Origin: Microbotryum violaceum
Taxonomy: Eukaryota
Assembly: GCA_001244265.2 (NCBI GenBank)
Contig: CDLV01000012.1
Location: 1 to 64,000, forward strand
Reading direction: 5' to 3'
Length of the DNA: 64,000 bases
The position numbers and the translations under genes are program-made. The notes under the pieces were generated by a model that was not told the origin of the DNA, searched no databases, and saw only the letters and a program-made list of their open reading frames with translations. Of this stretch, positions 36,261 through 50,004 are shown one piece after another (the first letter of the stretch is position 1; every line of letters starts with the position of its first letter).

Positions 36261-36791
36261 CTCGGCGATCAAGCGGCTCCAGCTCCGTTCACCGCGACAA
36301 CGACCGCACTACCTCGCAACTCGGCGGCTTGAAAGCCCATCGTTTTCAAGCCTGTCAGGCGCTGAGAGTCCCCGAACAAGCCAAGCTTCTTCTGGACGAA
36401 AAAGTCAACACGTGATTCCGATCGTTGGGCGACCCAAGAGTTATCAATGGACTTGCCTTATAGAGGAGCACAGGTGTAATCTTGCAGTACTCGGCACCCC
36501 TCGGGTTAGCGCTATGGTCGATTCAAGCCCCAATGCCCAGCCCAAGCCCCAACCCGGAGTGAGGGGTGCAGAGTACTTCAAGATTACACCTGTGCTCCTC
36601 TATAATTAATCCTCTCGGGTCGCCCAACGATCGGAATCACGTGTTGACTTTTTCGTCCAGAAGAAGCTTGGCTTGTTCGGGGACTCTCAGCGCCTGACAG
36701 GCTTGACTACAATGGGCTTTCAAGCCGCCGGATTGCGAGGTAGTGCGGTCGTTGTCGCGGTGAACGGAGTCGGAGCCGCTTGATCGCCGAG
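36261..36791. repeat. Long inverted repeat, ~240-bp arms with an internal asymmetric bulge and ~45-bp loop
   Basis: CTCGGCGATCAAGCGGCTCC... pairs with ...GGAGCCGCTTGATCGCCGAG. The inner stem TTATAGAGGAGCACAGGTGTAATCTTG pairs with CAAGATTACACCTGTGCTCCTCTATAA. Confidence 0.95.
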
Positions 36792-38229
36792 TGGCCGCCG
36801 ATGTTCGAGAGGGAACCCTCGAAGGCGCGCGGAACCGAACAGCGAGATCCCCGAAGTGACTTTGTATGCTGCTGATTGGCGATGGAGGCAAGTAGGAGCT
36901 GCTGATGTTCAGAATTGTGTACGGGTCGGATGGCAGTGACCGGCGGGTCGGTTGGGAAGCGGGTGGTCGACGTAGACGTAGAGGTTGGCGCAGAGGTGGT
37001 GGCGTGAGGAGTAAGCGCAGCAGTAAGCAGGGCACCGTCCTGGCCAGGAATCACCAATGCACGAGCTTGAACTTGCGGAGGCGCACCGACGGTGACCGGG
37101 TTTGCCGATGGAACCTCCCGAAGTAGTCACAGCAGCGGAAGACTGGGTTGCCGGAGGGTAGCCATACGGTTAAAAAATCATCGGGTTTGACATGGCGGGT
37201 GACGTAAAAGCGCCGGTCGAGTCTCTGGGGTGTTCAGAGTATTGCAAAAGACCCGTGGATGGCTGAACAGGGAGCGGAAAAGCCAGTCCGCCAGGCACAA
37301 AAGGGGGCTGGATCGGTGCGAACGAAGCGGATAAACACGTGTGGCTGTTGGCAGGATGGGACGGCGAGTGGTGAGACATGGGCTGGTAGTGCGACATCAA
37401 TTGAGAAGGCGGGAACGCCTGGGGGGGGGCCTTGGGTTAAGGTGCGCTTGGGTGGGAATAGTGATACGCGACAGTCTGATTGGCGTATGCGTTGTACGGG
37501 TGGTGCGCGATGACCGGACCAGTGACCGTTGCCGGATGCAGAACCTTGGGACTGCTTTGGCCTGACAAACGCACAAGACGTGGCCATGAGCGAAATGTCA
37601 AACGCAGGGACACTGGCTAGACAAAGAACAGCAGCGGCGAACTTACAAGGCTTGGCCGACGATGACACATGGGAAGGACCTTGCGAGACCGGCAGACCTG
37701 AGTGAGACTGATTCACGATGGCGGAGGAGGCGGTTGGGGTATTGGCGACGTTGCTGGTGATGGGCGGGGAAACGAGGTGCAGGGGGGGATGATGCGAGTG
37801 GGGAACTTTGGGGTTTTTTCTTCTTTGTCCGCCACCTTTGCGAAGACTGGTGTGATTTCCGGCCGTTGTGTCGCAACAAAAGAGCGGATGAACCAGCCCG
37901 AGCGGCTCTCCTAAACGAAATACGTCGGCGTGGGAGGGCGTGTGCACCGGGAAAGCTCAGCTCAATGTGCGTGTACTTTGCGGGCCCATTTATGCCCTGT
38001 GATATGCTACAAGACGCAACTTTTGATGGTAGAGTAACCTTTTCAACACAACCCGGTAATTTGGACTTACATCATACACCCCTTGGATAGGGATATTCGG
38101 TGTCCAAATCGACCTGAAAACGGGTTTTTTCGAGACGCACCATTCGGCTGGCTTTCACCGGCACCGTGGAAGTTCCTGAGCTGGCAGCAGGTGCAGCGAA
38201 TGTATGATGCTGCAAGTACGAACCAAAAC

Positions 38230-38272
38230 AGTAGCATGTCTAGTAGCATATCTAGTAGCATGTCTAGTAGCA
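38230..38272. repeat. 12-bp tandem repeat (AGTAGCATGTCT), ~3.5 copies
   Basis: AGTAGCATGTCTAGTAGCATATCTAGTAGCATGTCTAGTAGCA. Confidence 0.85.
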
Positions 38273-38778
38273 AGCCCCCATCCATGCCTTTCTCCGCTGC
38301 CGGCGGCTCATCTACTAGAGTTGGGGACTTGCAAGGTTTCAGTCGCGCCCGGCAAACGATCAATTTTTATTCAATATTTTCGGTTAGTCCCGTTCTGGTA
38401 CGCGCAACACTCAATTCTCCAGAAGTCAAATCATGTTGCAATTGCCCCTCCGCGCGTCGATATCCGAGCCTTAGCAAGTTATGCTACTGCGCAGTTTCGT
38501 GGTCCCCCTCGTCTCAGCCCTCGCTAAAAATGCTCGACTTTCTACAGAAAAATAATGATTCTGGAACACCTTCGTCCCGAGCAATGATCTGGTTAGTTTC
38601 GGACCGGTTGGCCAAGTGAAACGAGTGCAAAACGGGTCTTACACTCTCTTACGTTCACCAGCGTTTACGAGAACGGCAGTTCGAAGCGCCTGTCTGCTTC
38701 CCGACTGACCACCCGCACCCGCGCCCCGACCACCTCCTCTCCCCCCCACCACCACCAACCCCCACACCCAACCCCGAA

Positions 38779-39722
38779 ATGACGGAGCAACTCGAACTAC
38801 TCGGTGCCGTGGTGCGTTCGATCCCTGGCCCCCTAGCGACCCTCCCAGGGCACGCCCACACGACCTTCTCCCAAATCACGACGAACCCATTGAACCTCTC
38901 CCTGCTGCTGCTCGTCCTATTCCTCATCTTCACCCTCTTCCCAACTCAACCCACCATCCCCGACCCTAAATCGCTCGCTACCCGTCCAACTTCATACAAC
39001 TGGCGACCCCCTACGCACGTATCGGCGAACGCGATCGTATGGAGGGAATGGACGCCGAAAGAATTGGCTCCGTTCGATGGTACGAATCCAAACTTGCAGG
39101 ATGGGCGAATCTTGTTCGCTATCAGAAGGAAGGTGTATGATGTTTCCGGATCGGGGGGCAAGACGTTTTATGGACCCGGTCAGTTGGGAGCACCGCTCGT
39201 CGTGGGAAACAAACCCGCTTCTCTCATCGCATTCTAAGCTCCACTTTGCACCGCTAACACCTACCCACTTGGATATGTTCTCTCCCAGGTGGTGCCTACT
39301 CGACCTTTGCAGGCCGCGACGCCTCGCGAGGTCTAGCAAAACAATCTTTCGACGAAGACATGCTCACCTCGCTCGACGAACCAATCGACCCATTGGACGA
39401 TCTAACCAAAACCGAATGGGATAATCTAAGGGATTGGGAAGGTCAGTCGGGATGGACCGTAATCGGCTTTGAACTTTTGTGCATGCTTTCAAGGAGAGAC
39501 AACTACCTCCCCGTCCCCGGTGTGATCCTGTACGTGGATCTTGGCCGAGCGACAAACTGATATGGGGGCCTCCCCCTCTCTTCACCGCGTAGGCCATTTT
39601 CAGAACAAGTACATCATGTGCGGGTAAGTTATCTTCCTTCCCGCGGTACGGTGATCACGTCTTGTACCGTATACTGACTATTGGGTACGTGCATTCACAG
39701 CGATTACGTCGAACCGAAATGA
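38779..39722 (+). CDS. DAP1: Cytochrome b5-like heme/steroid-binding protein (MAPR / Dap1 / PGRMC1 family), 4 exons
   Basis: N-terminal TM segment, then WTPKELAPFDG, KVYDVS, FYGPG|GAYSTFAGRDASRGLAKQSF and LRDWEG|HFQNKY. Stop TGA at 39720-39722. Confidence 0.93.
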
Positions 39723-39864
39723 ATGACGCCCGAGTGTATAGATTCACGCAGTTGACATAGTGAAAATGTGCAATTCAGCCCCTTTTTTACACTCTCACCA
39801 AAAAACCCATCAAACTACACCCCCAATCACACAAATAAAAAAGCTCCTCCCCCCGACTCACCCC

Positions 39865-42202
39865 TCACTCATCATCCGCATGCACCTCGTCCAAGAAATC
39901 CTTGTAAACGGGGTTATCCGTCTCCTCGACGTAAGGGTACCTCAACCCATGTAACCATTCTTGAAATTGGGGTTCGTCCTGCTGTGCGACTTGAATCCCC
40001 GCGAGAATCTTGCCGACGTCTAGTAGTGGAAGAAGAAGAAGAAAAAAGGAAGGAAGATGGGGGGTTCAACTTTAAGCCCGCAACGAGAAAAGCTACGAAC
40101 GCCGCCGCCGCCACGGCGGGGGCTCCTGAAACTAACCTCCTCCATGATTCCTATAATGAAACAAACTAATATTAAACCCCGTTCCCATCGTTTCCAAGAA
40201 CTTTCTCAAAGCTCCCGGTCTCTCCGGAAATTCGAACCTAAACACCCTTTCATCCTTAACCTTACTCCTCCCTCCCACTAAATACCTCGCATGATTTTTA
40301 GCCATTTCGTTATCCGAAATATCGAGCGCGTTCATTTGGTGCGTTTTGAACGTCGCGATTAGACCCTGTAGTTCTTGATCCCTTCTCTCGGCGAGTGTGA
40401 GGGGTCGAGAAGTCGAGGTACCGTTGATGGAAGGTACGGGTTGGGTGGTATTGTTGGACGAGGAAGAGGCGGAGGAAAGATAAAAGGAGAGAAAGATGAA
40501 AGCTCTTGTGGGGGAGGAGTAACGGTACACGAATTCCGTCACCGCTCGGGGATGAATGACGCTATGCAATTGAAGGAAGCTGTGCGACCGGAACAAAATC
40601 CAGTAACGCGTCAGCAACAAAAGTAGCGCTCTCCTCAAGCCTAATTCCTCTACTCACGCCCCAGGTGTCTCTGGAATGATGACCCTCATCATCGCCTCCT
40701 TGCCCTCTCCCAATTCAGCCCTATCGGCAATAAATCTTAACCTCGAGAAATTGAGATTCGCACCCGAAACGATGGGAACGAAGCGCTTGTCCTGATCGAG
40801 AAGGTTGTTCTGCAAAATGTACTTTTTCATCCCTGCGACGCCTAGCGCTCCCGAAGGTTCAGGCGCCGATCTCGTATCTAGAACGCCAACCGTTCATGGT
40901 ACCAAACCACATTAGTTAAGTAATCTTCAAAGATGATTACTTGTTTCTCCAAAAGACTGACCTTCGAAAATGTCCTTGATGGCCGCACACAACTCGTCAT
41001 TAGAAACGAGGATGATCTCATCGACCAAAGCCGCGCAAACCCTGACGCTCTCTTCGCCCATCTGTCTCACCGCCGTACCATCAGCGAACAAGCCTACCTC
41101 ATTGAGCATCAACCTCTGACCCGCTTTCAACGTTTGGGCGAGACAGTCGGCGTCGTAAGTCTCTACGCCGATGACTTTGACGTGCGGTGGTGCGACGGCC
41201 TTGATGTAACTCGCGATACCCGCTAGGAACCCACCCCCTCCAACGGGTACGAACACCGCATCGAGTTGATTCACATCCGTCTGCCTCAGAATCTCAACCG
41301 CGGCTGTAGCTTGCCCAGCTATGATATAAGGATCGTCGAAGGGCGGGATGATGGTCAAACCGTGGACCTTAGCCAATCGATCGCATTCCTTCTTCGCTTC
41401 ATCAAAGTCCGCTCCATGCAGCACGACCTTAGCTCCTAATCGATCAACATTCGTATACTTGATCGAAGGCGTATTAAGAGGCATGACGATCGTGCACGCG
41501 ATACCCAATTCCCTACCCGATAAAGCAACCCCTTGCGCATGATTACCCGCCGAACAAGCGACGACGCCTCGCCACCGTTCTTCGGACGAGAGTTGCTTCA
41601 TGAGGTTGTACGCACCGCGCAACTTGAAGGAGAAGACGGGGGTAAGGTCTTCGCGCTTGAAGAGGACTTGGTTACCTAGTCGGGCCGAGAGCTGGAAGAA
41701 GATCGAGAATCAGAGTCAGGGCTCGATGGCGGAGGACCGACCGACCGACCGACGAGGGCATTCGATCATCAACTCACCGCGGGGGCGACGGTCAAGGGTG
41801 TGCCACTTGGGGGAAGGATTGAGTAGACGTTCGAGGTGAGGCACAGGGGAAGGTAGTTGGGAGTACCATCAGGTAGCAACAGATGGGCTACGAAGTGAAT
41901 CGACCCCCAATCACGACCGATTAGCACGGTACATACAGTCTACACGATCCCCACCTGGACCTACGAGGTACCCTCTTGTACAAGGACTTGTTGGGTTCAA
42001 ACACCGGTCTCGTCACGGTAACTCCGCCCGGCAACCTGATCGTCTTTTTCGGGTCGACCGCCGCGGCCGAGTCGAGCGATCCCGAACTGCGTCTCCGAGC
42101 CGGTGTACGAGCATGCCCATTTGACAAGGGAGGCACCGTGCCTTCCGTTTCGGCGATCAAGCCCGAGACCGTGGGCGACGGGAATGTGGCTTGACGTGAC
42201 AT
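39865..42202 (-). CDS. ILV1: Biosynthetic threonine dehydratase (PLP-dependent, with C-terminal regulatory domains), multi-exon
   Basis: [51 protein letters not shown] and SLFHYRNHG. The start codon is uncertain. Confidence 0.95.
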
Positions 42203-43113
42203 GGCTTTGCTGGGAGCGCGGAGCCGTAAAAAGGTGCTCCGAGCTGGCGGGGTCACCGACAGAGACGACGAGTCAAGGCGATCCAACGCGGAGTAATTTC
42301 AGAGCAGTTCCTCGTATGAGCATTTTCTAGCATCGACTAACCTCAGATGGCTTCGTGTATGTACAGAATCAAACACATTACAGTAATCTGATACAATCCC
42401 AGAAGGAGCTCCAGAACAAGGCCAGAGCTACATCTCATCACGCCACAAAGGCTGAAATCTATCATGTCTCGCGGCGGGTGAGTCCTCGCTTGATTCTCCC
42501 TGTCGAGTTGTCCGAGGAGAGTGGCGTTCGGAATGGCTCTTGACTGGCAGTGATGAGCGCTGACTCGATGGGCAAGAGTAGAGAGAAGTGGATCCACGAC
42601 AGCAATGCTTTTCTTCATTTCCAGTTGTGCATTGTTTGAACTGGAATAAAATCCGATATGTTCCCCCGAACAGCTGCAATCGCTTCCGACTCAGTAAGTA
42701 ACTCTGCTGCCAGGCTCCGAGGTATTTTCGTCATCATCCACCAGGTACTACTGTAGTACACTCCATTTAGCTCAAACCGAGCTGAGGATTCCTGTACATT
42801 CATCATAGTGTGTATAGGTCCCAGGCACCAGGTCGTTTCAGTGGGATGACTCGACTCGTCGGTCCGGGTCGACGGAGATTCCGACCGGCCGGCGGCGACG
42901 GGCAAGTACGTAGTGAATATCGGGAAAGAGGCCGATCGAAGACTCGGAGGGGCGCCGCCGGTCGTCGATGCCGTATTAACGGCAAGCGTCATGTCCGTGC
43001 TTCATTGTTATTCCCGTCGGGACAGGGTCGGAAAATTACGATCGTCAATTTATCGCGGCTCGCGAAACAAGTGAGGTAAGCGAAGAGCCCACCTCTAGAG
43101 ATGCCCGTCCCCA

Positions 43114-43181
43114 CTGCACGGGCATGACTCGATTCGACCTTGTGAGACTGCACGGGCATGACTCGATTCGACCTTGTGAGA
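43114..43181. repeat. Perfect 34-bp tandem duplication
   Basis: CTGCACGGGCATGACTCGATTCGACCTTGTGAGA x2. Confidence 0.9.
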
Positions 43182-45137
43182 CCTGCTAGTGCACGGGCCG
43201 GCGCCCTGCGCCCAACTACTACACGCTTGCGCACGTTCGATGACGAAGTTGGTTCCGAGATCTGAGATTCTGGTTAAGATGCGAGTCATTTAATAAAAGT
43301 CCGAAGAGATCGGGGACCTTTTTTTTTTCTGGACAATCTTTACTTCGGTTTCGGTGAATTGTCCAACTTTATAGATCAAAACAGCGCTGCTCCCCGTGGT
43401 TCTTCTTCCTCTCTTCTTCTTCTTCCTGTCCCCCGTGCCGACTCGACAGCTCGGAGACTTTTCTCTTCGAATCGGCCGCGGGTTGATGAGCACTACACTA
43501 CTTGTTAACCCAAATCCACGCTGTGGTTCACGCCGTGGGTTTGAAAGAAAACGAGATGTGGATTGCACGTCAACCCGAGGCCGATTCGAGGTCAAGTCAC
43601 GAGCTTCGCGAACTCAGTGGCTGGATCGGTTGATCTGATCGATCTGATCTCTGAGGATCAAGCGAGGGGAGCGGACACAAAATCAAGCGCCAAGTCCTCG
43701 AAGAAGGTACTATAGGCTGAAGCCTTACCCACGAAACACGACGGAGGGGTGTGAGATGGGTTGAGTTGGATCGGTCGATGATGTGAGCCACTTCCTGGTA
43801 CGAGACGCTCGGCCAGCTGCTGCGAAGACGATCGTGGTTCGAATCGGTGGTGCGGCCCGGTGGGGTTAAGTTCCTCAGAGGCTGTTGCTGAAAACTAGCG
43901 CGTATACGTACTAAACTGACTCGACTCCTTGCTCCGCTGGTCACCACGAAGTGACAACTACTCAGAAGCATATACAAACTACCAAAAAAAGGTGCTGTAT
44001 CTCTGAACTGAATAGACGGAGGGCGATGAACCCACCATCTCGGAACACAGGACCTTTCCCATCAACTCGAAAATGTGACGAACGATCTAGCCCCTTTTTT
44101 TCGTCTCGCGCTTGTGCGCCGAGTGTACTAGTAGAGCGGCCACTGCACGCTCGGCCGCGAATCGAGTCATATGAAGCGGACCAATCGGGTGCCGAGGAAA
44201 AAGTCTGCTCAAAGTTTCGTATCAGAGTTGGCGCTGTCTCGGTATGAGTGCAAGCATCGGTGTCTGGCGTCCCAGCAAGACGTGCGTACACTGAACCTCG
44301 TTCTGAAGCCGATGCTCATCACGGTCCACCGAGATGCACGGCAATTCGTCCAGTTGTATCACTTCGATCAGAGCCTTCCGAATTCAGCGTCCTTAATCCA
44401 ACCTCGTATCTAGCATTATACCTCCTCCAATTCCAACACTTCGCCTTCTTGCCCGAGACTTCCTCACTGCAGCTGCCCGGCCCATCCCACGCCCATCGTG
44501 AGCGGGCCGGCGCGACGAAATGCAACTTGAAATATTTGCGCCTGAAAACCGAGGTGGCTTGACTCCCGTCCGGTGCGTTCAAGTATACCGCCCGACATTC
44601 GAATATGACTTTCATTTCTTCGTCACTTTGCAATCGATTCCGATATAAACGGTTCTCCCTTTGAGATAATCTTCGAAGGCGATTTGGAAAATGGCTTTGG
44701 CAGGCGAGCTTCGGCAAAAGGCCGACGAGTCATGGAAGCAAGGTCCGACCACTGACCATAGCTATCAGATCGGAAACAAGCGAACAAGTCTGACCAGTCA
44801 AAACACTTTAATGTCTGCCAATTCACATTGCAATGAATCTTCTGCGAGAGGGAGAGGCAATCGTAGGGCGGGGCGACTCTGGGGACGCCGGGTGTTTTTG
44901 CTCGTTTTCTTAGACAGATCATGGCACTCAATCACGTCAAACGATTGGTGGTGGTAAAAACTTCACGGTTCACTTTTGGGAGTACAGGTGTGTGTGTCAC
45001 AAGTTTCCGTGCTTCGCCGAGGCGCGCGCCTCGAGTAGCGCCGCGGTCGGTCGGATGCATCCGGCTCAGCCTACCAACACCCAGCCGCAGCATCGACCCA
45101 CACACCACCGAAGCTCCTCAGGGCTTTCTTTGGGGCG

Positions 45138-46892
45138 ATGGTGTCGACCGCTTCTGCCCCACCGCCAGCCAAGAAGCCACGCACGACGATGGAACCCTCA
45201 GCTCAACTCGGTCAGTCGTCAACTCGGGCTTGTTTCCCTCGTGCGGCGTCGCTGCTGCTCGCCCATGTCCAACTGCTTAAGCCAACTTTCCTCCCCTCCA
45301 CCACAGATATACCAACTCTCACCTCGACCCTACGCACACGCCTGAAAGCGTACGCGCAACTGGCGTCCAAGCTGGACACGACCTTGAAGGACGTGAACCA
45401 GGTCCACTCGGAGCTCGATACCGACAACAAGCCGATCAACCTCGTCAAGGGGAGGTTGGACAGGTTGTATGATCTGGTGGGCGAGGATACGAATGCTGAG
45501 CTAAAGTGGGTCATCGTCCCTCTCATGGCGTGCGGAGTGGGTCGCGTGTGGGGGAGTATCCGACCGAGAAGATGATGAATGACTGACACGCATCTTACAC
45601 GGGTGCAGACGACTGGATCAAGCGATCGAGACTCTAGATGTGCTCGTCGTCCTAGCCAAAGAACCACCACCACCGCCGATACGAGCTCTCGCCTTTACGG
45701 CCCTCGCAGGCACCTCCAACGCCGCAGCGACCGCATCATCATCATCCTCGTCTGTGACGGCGCCGACCTCCTCAGTCTCGACCCCGGTTTCGGCCGCCAA
45801 TTCTCCAGCTTCGAGTGTAGCAAGTGGGTCCTCAACACAGCGAAAGTACCGTCCGATATGTTCCTTTCTAACGCTTTTTTCTCGGACTCACAGGCAAGAA
45901 AAGAGGGCCCTACAAGAAGAAGGAGAAGGGCGACGGGGGATCGCGAGCCGTATCACCCACGAATTCCGTCCCTGCTTCCCCTCTCCCCGCCTATTCGACA
46001 ACCACGTCTCCGCCCCTCTCACGTCACCCTTCGATTGCTGGAAAGACCTCGGGTAAAACCTCGGGCAAGACCGCCGGCAAGACGGGGGGAAAGATCTCCG
46101 CCGCGATCGCCGCCTCAGCTTCGACATCGTCCATGAACGGGTCGCCCGCGATCCCTTCCCCCGCAAATACTTCGACGCCCAACACGGGTACACCGACTAT
46201 GACCAAGAAAGCGACCGCCAAATCAAAGAAAGAGACTTCGGCCACCTCGACGACCTCCTCAAACCTCGCCTTCCACGCCCAACTCCCCCTCGGCCCAGGT
46301 CGTCAAGTCGCCTTCCGCCAACCAAGCAAATCCGTCGTACTGGGGGAGGAGAAGCAGGACGAATGGATTTTGGCGAGGGTGATTGCTTCAATTGGAGGCG
46401 ACAAACATCGGTATCAGGTCGAGGACGTTGATTATGATGTGATGAATCCGACGTCGGATCAAGGGTGAGTTTCGGGGTTCGCAAACACCCGAGGCATATG
46501 GTAACTGACCCACACTTCCGTGTCGATTTTAGCAAATTCAATACGACGACGAAATCGATCATTCCTCTTCCCGATCGAATGGACAACAAAACCTACCCCG
46601 ATCACGACTACACACCCGGCCAGGCCGTCCTGGCTCTCTACCCCGAAACCACATCATTCTATCGCGCGATCGTGCAGAGTGGGCCGGTCCCTGCACCAGG
46701 GTCAACAGGGAAGGTGAGGATCGAATCGGAACCAGATGCCTGCGCCAATATGGGATCATTCTGATACTCTACCACGTTTTTTGATCACAGAAAAAGGACA
46801 AGGAAAAAGTTTATCGGCTCAAGTTCGAAGACGACGGCGATTCGGTGCGCGAGATCCCGATCGAGTTCGTGTTGGACATTCCGGACAAGTAG
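45138..46892 (+). CDS. SGF29: SAGA-associated factor 29 (double Tudor domain), multi-exon
   Basis: N-terminal coiled coil, then GRQVAFR, EWILARV, YQVEDVD, VLALYPETTSFYRAIV and YRLKFEDD. Stop TAG at 46890-46892. Confidence 0.9.
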
Positions 46893-47496
46893 ACCCGATG
46901 ATTGAGTGTTGTAAGACGAACTTTATGTGTTGCTTGTTCGTAATTCTGCTTTGCATCAAACAGTGAACGTTGAAAAGGATGCTGCTCTACGAAGGTCGAG
47001 GCTCTCGTACGACTTCCCCCGGCCTTGGCGGAGAACAAAGGAACCAGAAATCAGGGGCGGCGCGGGCGCACAGCGCGGGCCCCTGTTGAACAAGGGCCAA
47101 GTTGGCCCGAGCTACACAGCGCCTCTCATCTCAGCACTGACTCTTTTGCGCGGCACCATGAATTGCCAAACGGGCCATGACAAGGGCGTCACTGAACCCA
47201 CCCACTCGTTCGAGAGCGTCCCCAAGCCTCGGGTCCATCCTCGCGCCCCGCCTCTTGTCTCAGTTTTCCTCCCTCATCCCCTCTCGGCTTCCCTCTCGTC
47301 GTCTTCTTTTCGTGTCGTATTTCTGGTCCTACGAGCTGGTCTCATCGCATCTCACATATCTCGCATTCCAACCAGCTTGCTCTGCGAGCCTCGCATATTA
47401 TTCACCTCCGCTTGCATCCCGCAAGCGCAACTCGTCTCTCGCGCCGGCCGCCTTCCCGAACCCCTCTGCCTCGATCGCGATCCTCGACCATCCGCA

Positions 47497-48917
47497 ATGA
47501 CATTCTTCAAAAAGTCCTCGATCCTCTTCCTCTTCCTCAATGCAATCCGTTTCCTCTCCGTGTTGTCCATCATCATGGCCTTCGCGGGGGAGATGATTGT
47601 GCTCGTCAAGTGAGTTTTTCGTTTTTCGGCGAAGGGCCGCCTTTGTTCGATCTTGATGGCCCGTGCGAAAATGTGCTGACCCGTAATCGATGCTGCGCAA
47701 AGTGACGTGAAGGGATACCAAGTCGCTACTTCAGAAACAGTTTCCACGTCGTCCTCTTCTTCATCGAATTCCAATACCTTCGCAGGAACGACGACTTACG
47801 CCCGACTTGCTCGTCGTTCAGCACGTCCTTTCGGTTCTCCACCATTTCTAGCCGACGGCTTGACCGCTCGTGTGGCGAAACGCGACTATCTCGGTTCGCA
47901 CGGTACTAGCACCCTCTCGGACGCCAAAGAAACCTTGAGTAACCTCAGATCCCCCTCTTCTTCGAACCCCTCCGGCTCATCAAGTGGTAGCAACAGCGGC
48001 GATAAAGAGTCATCAAGTTCGACGACCTCGACGGCGTGCTCTTACGTCGGAAACACTTCGATACCGAAAGGGCCGGGGGGTATTGTGTTTGTGGCGATTT
48101 CGAGGATCTTTTGCTGTAAGTTCCCTCGAACTGTGTTTTTGCGAACTCGAAACGCTAATCTACTTCGATCCCCACAGGCATCCTCCTCCTCTTCATGCTC
48201 ATCTCTGAAATTCCGCCTCCAACAAAATGGACCCAAAAGTTATGGTCGTACGCGTTCCCACCCTTTGGCGAGAACTTTGGTGTTGGAGTACTCGGTGTGG
48301 TCCAAGTCTACTTGGGATCAGTCATCTTATCGCACAAGTAAGTCCCGTCGACCCAACCCATCTCCAATCCAAAGCTAGCTCCTAACACTCCCTCCCCCCC
48401 CCCAAAAAGGGTAACGGGTTTTCCCCTCATCGCAGCATGGTTCCTCTTCATCCTCGGTTTCGTCAATACGCTCCTAGGTCTCTCCTTCGGTTCACGCTTG
48501 AAGAAAATCCGTTCCTTTTCACCTTATCAACTCGACGATGGATTAAGACCTCTTTACTCTCACACGTCCAATTCAACGACGGATGATATCAACGGACGAC
48601 GTGATCGACCTAATCGAGCCTCTAGACTCGCTTCCGGTTTAAGGGCCTTCACACTGGGTACATCTTCCCCTTTTTCCAATTCCCATTCGCCCTCTACTCC
48701 GCACCCGGACCGCCAGGTTGAGACAAGTGAAAAGCGACGAGGTCGACCTATTCATATCTCTGCGCCGATGCAGCAAAACGTACTAGGAGACTCGACAGCT
48801 TCGGGAAGTGGTACTACTACTACTACTACTACTACTGGTCCGATGATCGTTCCGATGCCGCCACCGATTTATCATGCTCAGATGAGGAGGGTCAGTGCGG
48901 GGGAGTTTGGACAGTGA
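47497..48917 (+). CDS. Uncharacterised fungal multi-pass membrane protein, multi-exon
   Basis: Hydrophobic segments FLFLNAIRFLSVLSIIMAF, GIVFVAISRIF, FGVGVLGVVQVYLG and AWFLFILGFVNTLLG joined by GT-AG introns, with a disordered C-terminal tail. Confidence 0.75.
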
Positions 48918-50004
48918 AGGAGAGGAGTTGGAGAGCCCAGTGGCCCGGGTGGGAGGAAGCGCCGGGGCTAAGTTGTGCAGCAGTGAGAGAGGAGGCTGAG
49001 GTTAAATAGCGCCGGCTCGGTTCTTCGTTCAGCCGAGCGTACTAGCACATGTTGTGTAAAGGAGGTGATTCTATAGACACTTTTTTGATTTTTTTTGATT
49101 TTTTTTTTCCGATATAAAAATAGTAATTCTAGGCCATGCCATGCTCTTGCGCGAAAAACCGGCCCGTGCTTGATCGTGTTACGGGCCTTGTTCAAGCCAC
49201 GCCTATAATTGCCACGCACCACCGCTATGATTTACTTTTAACGGGGCCCGCGCACAGTAGTAACCGCCCACGGTTTCTCCTGCTTTCTCAGGCTTTCTGG
49301 CGCTGTACGACCACGGAGGCGCGACCCAAGCGCGCATCTCGGATCTCCCCTTCTTTGCCACCTTGTTCCTCTCCGTTTAGCTCGGCAACACACCGACTCT
49401 GAACCGCAGCAGGCGCCCACTTTACTTTCGATACCTTTCTAATCGGGGTGGAAGAGCGGGGTATATTCCATCGCGTTTATTTGATTGGGATTTTTGGCCG
49501 TGACTTGGGTGAGTCTGCGTCTGCACACGGCTTCCGGTCGCTCGTCGGCGGGCGACCAAGGCGTGAATGGCTGTTCAAGTACTTTGGTCACACCTCGGCG
49601 ACCACCATATGTCGGTGTTGGTGGGACCTGATATGGGTGGGAGCTTGTATGTGGTGCTCGCAGCTCTCTCGAGTGTGCTGGCCGTTCGAGGTGTGAGGAG
49701 GTGTGAGGGCACAGTCCCACTCGGCTTCCCTTCACCCAACACTCAAGAGTCGACACGCCTTGTTCTGGTCGACGACGACACTTTGCATCTCAAGCACAGT
49801 GCGCTCCACCTCGCCGTGCCCTGCTCCTCTCGGTCACCGTTTGTCGCCCCCTCGACGCGCCCCTCGTTTGCGCTCGTCGTCGCGCTCGCCATCGGGGAAT
49901 CGCACCACTGACCTGACCTCCACCTCTCCGTCGCGCTCTGGCACGTGACCCGTGACCTTTTCTCAGTCAGCAGAACCTCAGCTCATCCCGAGAAAGGTCA
50001 AAAG

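Noticed and set aside
42340..45100. 2.8-kb interval between divergent ILV1 and SGF29 with several short ORFs
   Set aside because: No recognisable protein motif or RNA gene. Only the 34-bp duplication is supportable.
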